A DNA stretch of 33,169 bases, taken from positions 1 through 33,169 of the forward strand of contig CAYHWG010000005.1 in NCBI GenBank assembly GCA_964360375.1, given 5' to 3'. Each line of letters begins with the position of its first letter. Position 1 is the stretch's first letter. This DNA comes from an uncultured Gammaproteobacteria bacterium (GTDB lineage: Bacteria > Patescibacteriota > Patescibacteriia > UBA9934 > GWF2-40-263). Made by a program: the position numbers and the translations under genes. Shown here in pieces: positions 16,676 through 24,941 of this stretch. The notes below the pieces were generated by a model, which worked only from the letters and a program-made list of their open reading frames with translations, made no database searches and was not told where the DNA came from.

Positions 16676-17470
16676 ATGATTACTTTTGCTGCTTTTACTC
16701 CACACTCTCCTCTGTTGCTTGAATCCATCGGAAAAGAAAATTCCTCAAAACTTCGCCTCACGCGCGATGCGCTTCATAAGCTTTCCGAAGAACTCTATGC
16801 ATCACAACCAGATGTCATTCTTTTGATCGGAACACAACGTCACGCTTATCCAGATGCGTTTTCCACAAATCTTCACGAAATCTATTCTGCAAATTTTTCA
16901 GAATTCGGCGACTTATCAACACACGATACCTATCCCTCAGACGTTGAGCTTGTGTCCGAAATACAAAATGAAATGTTTAAACAAACCATTCCGTTTTGTC
17001 TCGATTCTGAATCCTCACTCGATTACGGAACTGGAATTCCTCTCACACTTCTTTTACGATCAAAAAAGAATATTCCCCTTGTCCCGATTTCCTATTGTGA
17101 TCTCTCACCAAAAACACATATTCAATTCGGGAGAGCACTCAAAGAAGTTTGCCTCGCATCAAAAAAACGCATTGCTGTGCTTGTAGCCGGAGATCTCGCC
17201 CATACACTTACTTCAGATGCCCCTGCTGGCTTTCACGAATCCGGTCAGCACTTTGATGAGGCAATCCTAGAAAGTATTAACCCCGTCTCAACGGCAAAAT
17301 TATTAACACTCGATCCTGAGATGGTGAAAGAGGCGAAACAATCGGCGTACAAATCCCTTTTAATTTTGTTTGGAATGATCGAACGTATGCATACAAAAAC
17401 GGAAATTCTCTCCTATGAACACCCATTTGGTGTCGGAGAACTTGTTGTGCAATTTCATCTTACGGGATAA
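16676..17470 (+). CDS. LigB-superfamily protein (class III extradiol dioxygenase / Memo / AmmeMemoRadiSam-B-like fold)
   Basis: 264 aa. N-terminal FTPHSPLLL, then LDYGTGIPL and VAGDLAHTL, which resemble the metal-site segments of the LigB/Memo fold. The assignment is by motif resemblance only. Confidence 0.45.
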   Translation: MITFAAFTPHSPLLLESIGKENSSKLRLTRDALHKLSEELYASQPDVILLIGTQRHAYPDAFSTNLHEIYSANFSEFGDLSTHDTYPSDVELVSEIQNEMFKQTIPFCLDSESSLDYGTGIPLTLLLRSKKNIPLVPISYCDLSPKTHIQFGRALKEVCLASKKRIAVLVAGDLAHTLTSDAPAGFHESGQHFDEAILESINPVSTAKLLTLDPEMVKEAKQSAYKSLLILFGMIERMHTKTEILSYEHPFGVGELVVQFHLTG

Positions 17471-17475
17471 ATGCT

Positions 17476-19302
17476 ATGATTGCGCAAATTTATCCTCTTA
17501 AACGCATGCCTCGTTCCGTGAAGGTTTTTGATTATGAAGTTCCGGAAAATCTCTCTCCTCTTTTGCGCGGTCAGCTTGTAACCATTCCATTTCGACAGTC
17601 CGTTCTCTACGGAATCGTTGCGCGGGTACAGGAAAAACCAAAAAGGGGCATTCTTCTCAAATCCATTATTTCGATCGAGCCTCACTATGCTTTATCGGAT
17701 GCTGAGCTGATTTTTTTTGAATCCATGGCGTATGAGCTCGTTCAATCCGTCTCCTCGTTTTTATACGCCTGTCTTCCAAAAATTCCAAAACACATTCGTA
17801 CTACAAAAAAAACCGTACAGGAAATAAAAACGTTAACGATTCCAAAATCAGAATCAGAAAGTCTTTTTACGCTTGCAAAACAACTCAGTGATCGACATCG
17901 GGCGTTTTGTTACCAATCAGATCTCAAACGCATTGCTGCCATGATCACATTTTATCTGCGTGAAAAATCAGATCAAAAATGCATCATTCTCACCCCAACC
18001 GTTTTAGATGCAACCCGTCTTCGTGCGTACGTTCAGGCTTTTTCTCCAATGTTGTATACCTCTGAACAAACGGAACAGGAGCAATTTAACACGTGGCTTT
18101 CGTTCAAAACAGCAACACACGGAATGCTCATTGGGACAAAAAATACCATCTTTCTTACAGACCCACAAACAACCACAATTTTTGTAGTACGTTCAAGCAG
18201 CTCACACCATGGTCATCATCAACAAAACCCAAGATTTGACGCGAGGTGTGTTTTAGAACGATATGAACAGCTCATGCATACGAATCTTTTTTATTTTGAT
18301 GTCCTTCCGCGATTTGAGGATCTCTATAAATATTCAGACACACCTATTCTTGGTCAATCACCTCATGTTGATTTGTCCCTTGTCGATATGACACAGGAGT
18401 ATCAAGGTTCTGCAGCTGGATCTTATCTGAGTTTCATTGCGCAAGAAACCATTGAACGAGAGCTGAAACAAAAATCACGTATCCTGTGTGTCCTCAACAA
18501 AAAATCACGCGTGAGTCGCTTGTCTTGTTCTACGTGTAAAAAATCTGTTGTCTGTTCTACGTGTCAAAGCGCTTATGCTGTTTCAGAAAATCAGATGCGC
18601 TGTATCCGATGTTTACACACAGAACCTCGATGGAACATCTGTGAATTCTGTCACACAGCAACCATAAAAGAAACGTCTTGTGGAAACAAGAAACTTTCCG
18701 AAATTTTACAAAACGAATTTCCGAACGCACGTTTTTCCTCGATCGACAAAGAACATCCCTTTGTCGACAAAGAGGCGGACATCATTCTCACAACGTCCTT
18801 CTATCTTGAAGAACCGTTTAACCCATTTGAACCGGACCAATTTGGAGTGATTGTTTTGTTGGATGCGGATGAATCGCTCTATCATGAATCTTCAGAGTCT
18901 CTTCGAGAAACTCTTTATGCGTTCGAACAATGGAAGGCTGTCGCGTTTCGCTGTCGTGCCTCACTTTTGCTACAAACGCGCACGCTTTCGTTGTTTCAAG
19001 AATATCTAGAAAATCCTGACACTTTTCTAAGAAAAGAACTCGCTTCCCGCTCTTCCTACCATCTACCACCTTTTCGTCACATTTGCCTTCTTCAACTTAA
19101 AGAAACGGACCTGCGCCGAAAAGATATTCGACTTTCTGAATACAAAAGAGAAATTCGAAAACGGTTACCAGAGGTGCACATACAAAATATGCCAAACGGA
19201 CTTGAGATACGATTTATCGATACAGAAAAAAATATTCTTCTTGATCTTTTTTTCACATTCCCGGATGATGTTATCATTGACATGCACGCGGATTCACGCT
19301 AA
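17476..19302 (+). CDS. priA: Primosomal protein N' (PriA)-like protein with degenerate helicase motifs
   Basis: N-terminal 3'-DNA-binding-domain pattern (FDYEVPENL...GQLVTIPFRQSVLYGIV). Four CxxC pairs form a PriA-type Cys-rich region (CSTC..CSTC..CIRC..CEFC). Conserved priA-def-fmt gene order. Walker A, DExH and the arginine-finger motif are not recognisable. Confidence 0.7.
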   Translation: MIAQIYPLKRMPRSVKVFDYEVPENLSPLLRGQLVTIPFRQSVLYGIVARVQEKPKRGILLKSIISIEPHYALSDAELIFFESMAYELVQSVSSFLYACLPKIPKHIRTTKKTVQEIKTLTIPKSESESLFTLAKQLSDRHRAFCYQSDLKRIAAMITFYLREKSDQKCIILTPTVLDATRLRAYVQAFSPMLYTSEQTEQEQFNTWLSFKTATHGMLIGTKNTIFLTDPQTTTIFVVRSSSSHHGHHQQNPRFDARCVLERYEQLMHTNLFYFDVLPRFEDLYKYSDTPILGQSPHVDLSLVDMTQEYQGSAAGSYLSFIAQETIERELKQKSRILCVLNKKSRVSRLSCSTCKKSVVCSTCQSAYAVSENQMRCIRCLHTEPRWNICEFCHTATIKETSCGNKKLSEILQNEFPNARFSSIDKEHPFVDKEADIILTTSFYLEEPFNPFEPDQFGVIVLLDADESLYHESSESLRETLYAFEQWKAVAFRCRASLLLQTRTLSLFQEYLENPDTFLRKELASRSSYHLPPFRHICLLQLKETDLRRKDIRLSEYKREIRKRLPEVHIQNMPNGLEIRFIDTEKNILLDLFFTFPDDVIIDMHADSR

Positions 19303-19305
19303 TCT

Positions 19306-19791
19306 ATGCATCTTATGACACAAAAAGCTGTTCTCACCTCACCAAACATGCAATTACGTGTTGTCTCAAAGGAATTCACTTCTGAGGATTTTTCGCATCC
19401 AGACACTATTCAACTCGCACAAGATCTTATTGAAACCATGAAACTCGAAAATGGAATTGGGATTGCCGCACCCCAAGTAGGCATTCACAAACGCATGATT
19501 ATCGTCACCATTGCAGAGAATGATTCTCGCACGTATATCAATCCAAAAATCATCTCCTCCTCATTTTTAACCATAGAGAGCGAAGAAGGATGCCTTTCTG
19601 TTCCAGGTGTGTTTGGTATCGTGAAGCGACATCGAGCCGTCACGGTGACCGCACAAGATCTAAACGGAAACCCTTTGCGATTTCGAGCCGTAGGACTTAC
19701 GGCGATCGTGTTTCAACATGAAATAGATCATTTAAATGGCGTTCTTTTTATCGACAAAGTGATTCGCTTTACAACCCATCCGACCCTATGA
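19306..19791 (+). CDS. def: Peptide deformylase
   Basis: Motifs GIGIAAPQVG, EGCLSVPG and QHEIDHLNG are present. The start could also be the ATG at 15 nt... specifically the ATG at 19315. Confidence 0.9.
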   Translation: MHLMTQKAVLTSPNMQLRVVSKEFTSEDFSHPDTIQLAQDLIETMKLENGIGIAAPQVGIHKRMIIVTIAENDSRTYINPKIISSSFLTIESEEGCLSVPGVFGIVKRHRAVTVTAQDLNGNPLRFRAVGLTAIVFQHEIDHLNGVLFIDKVIRFTTHPTL

Positions 19792-20738
19792 AAACACGAA
19801 TCGTTTTTTTTGGGACACCGACATTTGCTGTCCCCTTTCTTCAACTCCTTGCTTCAAACAAAAAATACGAAATCGTTTCTGTTGTCACACAACAAGATAA
19901 ACCGACAGGGAGAAAATATCTTTTAACCAAACCGGAGATAAAATTAGCAGCAGAAAATCTTGCTCTTCCTGTTTTACAATTTTCCACATTTAAAGACGAA
20001 ACCGCCGTACACACACTCCGTGCACTCGATGCGGATCTGTTTGTCGTTGTTGCCTATGGAAAAATCATTCCACGTTCTGTATTAGATCTTCCAAAAAAGG
20101 GCTGTCTCAACGTACACCCATCTCTTCTCCCTCTCTATCGCGGACCGGCACCAATCCAAAATGCTCTTTTGCGTGGAGATACAAAAACGGGTGTATCTAT
20201 TATGTTGCTTGATGAAGGGATGGATACAGGACCACTCCTTGCGCAAGAAACAATTCCAATACACGTAGACGAAACATTTACACAACTTGAGCAAAATATT
20301 CTTTCGTTTGCTCCATCGTTTTTAGATCAAACAATCGAGCGCTATCTCACACAAAAAATAAAACCAATGCAGCAAGACAATTCCAAGGCGACCGTGACAC
20401 ACCTGCTTGAACGCAAAGATGGAAAAATTGATTGGAGGATGGATGCGAAAAAAATTGATCGTAAAATCCGCGCCTTTGAAACATGGCCAGGGACATGGTT
20501 TGAATGGAATGAACAAGGAATCAACGTTCGCATCTACATAAAACAAGCACAGTACACACAAGAACGTTCAGATAAACAGATCGGAACTTGTTCTGTCGCA
20601 GACAATAACGTTTTTGTTGTGTGTGGAAACAAATCTGTCCTTCAACTAAAAAACATTCAGCCGGAAGGAAAAAAAGTGATGACTGCAATCGACTATATTC
20701 GAGGGCATCAATCGTTTCTCACAACCACGTTAGTTTGA
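19788..20738 (+). CDS. fmt: Methionyl-tRNA formyltransferase
   Basis: N-terminal IVFFGTPTFAV, catalytic NVHPSLLPLYRGPAPIQ, and a C-terminal OB-like domain. ATGA overlap with def. Confidence 0.9.
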   Translation: MKTRIVFFGTPTFAVPFLQLLASNKKYEIVSVVTQQDKPTGRKYLLTKPEIKLAAENLALPVLQFSTFKDETAVHTLRALDADLFVVVAYGKIIPRSVLDLPKKGCLNVHPSLLPLYRGPAPIQNALLRGDTKTGVSIMLLDEGMDTGPLLAQETIPIHVDETFTQLEQNILSFAPSFLDQTIERYLTQKIKPMQQDNSKATVTHLLERKDGKIDWRMDAKKIDRKIRAFETWPGTWFEWNEQGINVRIYIKQAQYTQERSDKQIGTCSVADNNVFVVCGNKSVLQLKNIQPEGKKVMTAIDYIRGHQSFLTTTLV

Positions 20739-22289
20739 GGTCTCTTTCGATTTTACGGTTTGAACTGTTGATGCCGCAAACCTTGGGTTCGGCATTTTTT
20801 GTTTTAAAAAATACAATAAAGCAAAGAATCGAACTCGCGAATCAGGCGGAAGAAAAATAAATAGAAAGAGCAAAACACCAAGTCCAAGTGGATGATTTAA
20901 ATAAGGCGAAAACACATGTGTTGCGGAGATAAAAACAAGAGAAGAAATAATCCAAATTCCGATCCATTCTTTTGGAGTCGAAAACATCGCTCTTGCTCTC
21001 CGAATAAATACCAGAAAAAGAAAAACAAATCCGATCGGAGCCATAAGACCCATCTTAAGCCAAACTTCAAGCCATCCCCATTCCATAGAGGATGTCGTCC
21101 AAGTTCCATCCGAATGGATCGCACGTGCTCGCGGATCATCCGTTTTAAACGTCACCGTTTGTCCAAATCCGTTTCCAAAAAACGGAGCATCTATAATCAT
21201 CTCTCGCATGGGGATCAATAAATTCCATCGACTTCTCACAGCCACATCAGACGTATCAGAGAGTCGTGAATCGAAAATCGACGTAATAGCGTTTCCGTCC
21301 GTTCGATCGTGTGGCCATGGAAAAAAAACCGTGCCTGCTAGGAGAAATAGAGAGAGAGCACATGCGGCCCCAACATGGAGAATTCCCAAAAAAAGTGTTT
21401 TCATGAGCGGTCTTTGAAGAAAAACAAAAAGACCTGCACAAACAATACTCGTAAAAGCGAAGCCGAACCAAAAACTGCGTGACATGCCTATGAGGGCAAT
21501 GAAAAAAACAAGGGATGTTAAAAAAATCGTGATGAGTCGATCGTGTTTCGTTTGTGAAGAAAACAATCTTGGAAGAAGAATCAGCCCGAATAAAAACGCA
21601 AAGAGATGCATTTGCTCAAACACGCGATACATTCCAAACGGTAAACGTGTAATTTCTGCAAAGCGAATATCGCGTAAAAAAACATAGAGCATTTTTAGAA
21701 ATGGCTCGGAAAAATGCGTGTAGGCGTAGAGAATCAAAACGGATGTGCTTGTGGTAAACACCATTCCAGCAGCAAGACACTGAAGCATGACGTGTTTTTT
21801 TATGGCACTCCACTCCACATGTAAAATCGGCAAAAGATACAAAAGGTAAAAATAGGCATTTCCGTCCCGAAACACATCGAGCGCGTTCCGTTTTGTGAGT
21901 CCAATAATAAATCCCCATACGATCGCGATCATGAGCGGAAAAAAACAGGTTGCACCAAAATCACGTCCGAAAAATGAAAGACGTTTTCGAAGCAAGGAAA
22001 TACTGAATCCAAAAAATACCGCAAGAAAAATGACCATGCGTGCGGAAATCCTGAATGAATCCACAGACGTAAAAAAAAGAAATCCGTGTGCATTACTCAG
22101 AAGTTCCAAAAATGCGATTAAAAGCCCGTATTCTAATTTTCGAACGGTTGCAAAAACCGTCACGATTCCAATGAGGATCAAAAAAAATGTACTGAGATGA
22201 AAAAAATAACCGATCGATGAACTCAAAAGCAAAATAAAAAGTGAAGATAAAGCGTAATAAAACGGTTTTCCAAAAAATTCTTGCATCAT
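20730..22289 (-). CDS. O-antigen ligase/polymerase-family (Wzy_C-like) polytopic membrane protein
   Basis: At least 10 TM segments, with a large extracytoplasmic loop carrying the family pattern RSRWNLLIPMREMIIDAPFFGNGFGQ and a following EWGWLEVWLKMG. I prefer the start at 22289, where its ATG overlaps the TGA of the upstream GT2 gene. Confidence 0.65.
   Translation of the reverse strand: MMQEFFGKPFYYALSSLFILLLSSSIGYFFHLSTFFLILIGIVTVFATVRKLEYGLLIAFLELLSNAHGFLFFTSVDSFRISARMVIFLAVFFGFSISLLRKRLSFFGRDFGATCFFPLMIAIVWGFIIGLTKRNALDVFRDGNAYFYLLYLLPILHVEWSAIKKHVMLQCLAAGMVFTTSTSVLILYAYTHFSEPFLKMLYVFLRDIRFAEITRLPFGMYRVFEQMHLFAFLFGLILLPRLFSSQTKHDRLITIFLTSLVFFIALIGMSRSFWFGFAFTSIVCAGLFVFLQRPLMKTLFLGILHVGAACALSLFLLAGTVFFPWPHDRTDGNAITSIFDSRLSDTSDVAVRSRWNLLIPMREMIIDAPFFGNGFGQTVTFKTDDPRARAIHSDGTWTTSSMEWGWLEVWLKMGLMAPIGFVFLFLVFIRRARAMFSTPKEWIGIWIISSLVFISATHVFSPYLNHPLGLGVLLFLFIFLPPDSRVRFFALLYFLKQKMPNPRFAASTVQTVKSKETSN
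20771..20805 (+). terminator. Candidate rho-independent terminator of fmt
   Basis: ATGCCG(ca)AACC-ttg-GGTTCGGCAT followed by TTTTTGTTTT. Confidence 0.55.
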
Positions 22290-23131
22290 AATGGTTTTAT
22301 ACGGGAGGCAATATAACTCACACAAACAAAAACAGGATCGCAAAGGGAAAAAAAGAAGGAAACAAATCGGCTTTCGTGTTTACGCATATAACGTTTGATG
22401 CTTTGACGAATCATGCGTTGTTTTTTTTGTGTGGCGACGCGATCAAAACTACTTCCCTTTTTGTGTAATGCTGAAATCTCTGAAAAGAATCGTACACGAA
22501 ATCCGGCCTCCTTGGCACGTTTACAAAAATCCACTTCCTCATACCACATGAAAAAACCGTCATCGAGTCCCTGCAGCTCATCAAACACATTGCGACGTAT
22601 GCAAAAAAATGCCCCCATCACCTGATCAACATCTTGCGATTGCGTATAATCAAAATCCGTCATACGCCACCTTGCAACCGGTGCGATGGATGGAATAAGA
22701 TGCGGAATTTTTGAAAGAACCAAGAATTGATCCAATGGTTTCGGGAATCGCCAAACGCAAGCCTGTTGCGTGCCATCAAAATTTTTAAGCGAGATGCCTC
22801 CAATCCCAATATCCGGATTCTTAATCATCTGTTTTTCGATTTGATGGATTGCGTCGTTTACAAACACAACATCCGGATTTAAAAGCAAAATAAAATCTCC
22901 GTGCGCGTGTTTTGCCCCGAGATTACACGCCCCGGCAAATCCAAGATTTGTTTGACTCTCAAGATAGATCACCTGAGGAAACGATTGTCGCAAAACGGAA
23001 AGATCATCACCGGAACCATTTTCAACTACAATCACTTCTACATTCGAAACGTTGTGAAATCGAAACAACGATGCGAGCATGGTGTGAAGATAATCAACCG
23101 TTTTAAAATTAACCGTGATGACACTCATCAT
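22286..23131 (-). CDS. Glycosyltransferase family 2
   Basis: GT-A pattern is present: VITVNFKT...VVENGSGDD...LLNPDV...FFMWYEEVDFCKR (rhamnosyltransferase-like GT2). Confidence 0.8.
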   Translation of the reverse strand: MMSVITVNFKTVDYLHTMLASLFRFHNVSNVEVIVVENGSGDDLSVLRQSFPQVIYLESQTNLGFAGACNLGAKHAHGDFILLLNPDVVFVNDAIHQIEKQMIKNPDIGIGGISLKNFDGTQQACVWRFPKPLDQFLVLSKIPHLIPSIAPVARWRMTDFDYTQSQDVDQVMGAFFCIRRNVFDELQGLDDGFFMWYEEVDFCKRAKEAGFRVRFFSEISALHKKGSSFDRVATQKKQRMIRQSIKRYMRKHESRFVSFFFSLCDPVFVCVSYIASRIKPL

Positions 23132-23841
23132 AGGAGTCCATGTTTTTTCAAAATAATCTGTTTGGCCTGATCGTATTTTTCAACACGTTTTGGTTTCCAA
23201 CCTAAAAATCGCCATGGCAATCGAATGATGAATGACGGAATCCATGTACTCATGCGTTCCAAACGATTGACTTCCATCACATGAAATAAAACCCGATCAA
23301 CGAATTGTCCCTTCTGTCCTTGTTCAAACATCGTGAGCCATAAATCCCAATCTTGAAATCGACGGATTGTTGGATCAAATCCTGAAAACGCCTCTCGTCG
23401 AATCAGAGCAGACGTATGAATAAAATTCATCTGCTTGAGTCGTGTTCCATCACCAAATGGAAAGGAAGAAAATAATTTCCATCCCCATGTAAAACTCGAA
23501 TACGCATATGCTGCCTCAGGATGCTCAATCAGAGCCAATTCCAGATCTTGCAACATGTTTGGTTGCATAAAAACATCTGCATCACAAAATAAAACAAACG
23601 ATCCTGTGGACAGGCAGAAGCCATTATTACGAGCAGTAGGAGCACCCTGATTTGTTTGAACGATCACACGAATACGATCAAGATAAGGCTTCAACACTTC
23701 TTGTGTGTTGTCTTGCGATCCATCATCCACCACAATCACTTCATCCGACTTTCGCGTCTGCGCAAAAATCGCATCTAAACAGGAAACAAGCGTATTTGCA
23801 TGTTGATAGGTCGGAATAATAATAGAAATCGTTTGGTTCAT
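23128..23841 (-). CDS. Glycosyltransferase family 2
   Basis: ISIIIPTYQ...VIVVDDGSQDNT...FCDADV (DxD). I prefer the start at 23841 (MNQTISIIIP), where the ATG overlaps the stop of the GT4 gene. Confidence 0.8.
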   Translation of the reverse strand: MNQTISIIIPTYQHANTLVSCLDAIFAQTRKSDEVIVVDDGSQDNTQEVLKPYLDRIRVIVQTNQGAPTARNNGFCLSTGSFVLFCDADVFMQPNMLQDLELALIEHPEAAYAYSSFTWGWKLFSSFPFGDGTRLKQMNFIHTSALIRREAFSGFDPTIRRFQDWDLWLTMFEQGQKGQFVDRVLFHVMEVNRLERMSTWIPSFIIRLPWRFLGWKPKRVEKYDQAKQIILKKHGLL

Positions 23842-24941
23842 ACCAAATAAGGATTCAATTTTCCGTATTGTTTTTCTGCACAAAATTCTTGCACCGCTCG
23901 TTCTTTTGCGGAAACTCCAAGGGCTCGACGGTACACAACATCGTGAGAAAGTAGAGTGATCGATTGTGCGAGCATATCGAGATCATTATCTTGAATGAGC
24001 AATCCTGTGACCTCATGCAAAACAGCTTCATTCACTCCACGAATGTTTGTTGTAATGGATGGAAGTTCAAATAATGCTGCCTCAAGAAAAACGAGACCAA
24101 ATCCTTCTTTATCCACCGGATCATCTTTGACAGGCATGACAAAAATATCCGCCTCTTCATAATACAGATGAAGTTGATCGTCTGGAATATCCCCTAAAAA
24201 TCTCACATGAGATTCTAAGCCGAGTTCCATGACGAGTTGTTCAAGGGCGTCTTTTGTTGGTCCAGATCCTACAATATCGTATTGAAACGCGAGCAATGTT
24301 CCGTTCAATTTCAACATCGCAAGTGCGGTAAGAACTCGATCATGCCCTTTACGATCCACAAGTCGACTGACGGTTAATAATCGAAAAGGAGAAGAAGCGG
24401 ATGATTCCGGTTTGGTGATAATCGCTTTTAACGGATCAACAGACGGATAGACCACGATTACATTTGAAAGACCGAATTGAAGAAATAACTCTTCTGCAAG
24501 AGCATTGGAATTCGCGACCACAAGATACGCTTGGCGCAATACAGCTTCACACACGCGTTTTTTGCGAAATGATGTGAGAGCCAATCGAAGATCCATTCCG
24601 TGCATCATCACCACATACGGTTTTTTTGTTACGACTTGAGCGATATAGGCAGCCGTTCCAAATGGAAGCACATGACTTGTGATCACATATCGATACGTTG
24701 AACGTCTTTGTATAAGATCCCACGTTGTTTTAAACCAATGTGGCCAAACAAAATGAAACAAAAGAGATTGTCTCACGACAGCATACAATGTTACTGGATT
24801 GATTTCATTTTTTTGAAGCAATGGAGCAAGGACCGTGATCCGATTCGAAAAATGACGAGCAAGATCATCAAGGTAACGAGCGATCCCCCCTCGATTTGGT
24901 GGAAAATCTGGAGTGATCAAGAGCAAATCACGTTCGATCAT
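23838..24941 (-). CDS. Glycosyltransferase family 4 (GT-B, Glycos_transf_1-type)
   Basis: N-terminal PDFPPNRGGIARY and C-terminal EX7E region (KEGFGLVFLEAALFELP). 367 aa. Confidence 0.8.
   Translation of the reverse strand: MIERDLLLITPDFPPNRGGIARYLDDLARHFSNRITVLAPLLQKNEINPVTLYAVVRQSLLFHFVWPHWFKTTWDLIQRRSTYRYVITSHVLPFGTAAYIAQVVTKKPYVVMMHGMDLRLALTSFRKKRVCEAVLRQAYLVVANSNALAEELFLQFGLSNVIVVYPSVDPLKAIITKPESSASSPFRLLTVSRLVDRKGHDRVLTALAMLKLNGTLLAFQYDIVGSGPTKDALEQLVMELGLESHVRFLGDIPDDQLHLYYEEADIFVMPVKDDPVDKEGFGLVFLEAALFELPSITTNIRGVNEAVLHEVTGLLIQDNDLDMLAQSITLLSHDVVYRRALGVSAKERAVQEFCAEKQYGKLNPYLV

Noticed and set aside
20897-22200. Several 67-101-aa ORFs on both strands within the O-antigen-ligase-like gene
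   Set aside because: They are basic, low-complexity shadows of a hydrophobic membrane-protein gene, with no independent support.
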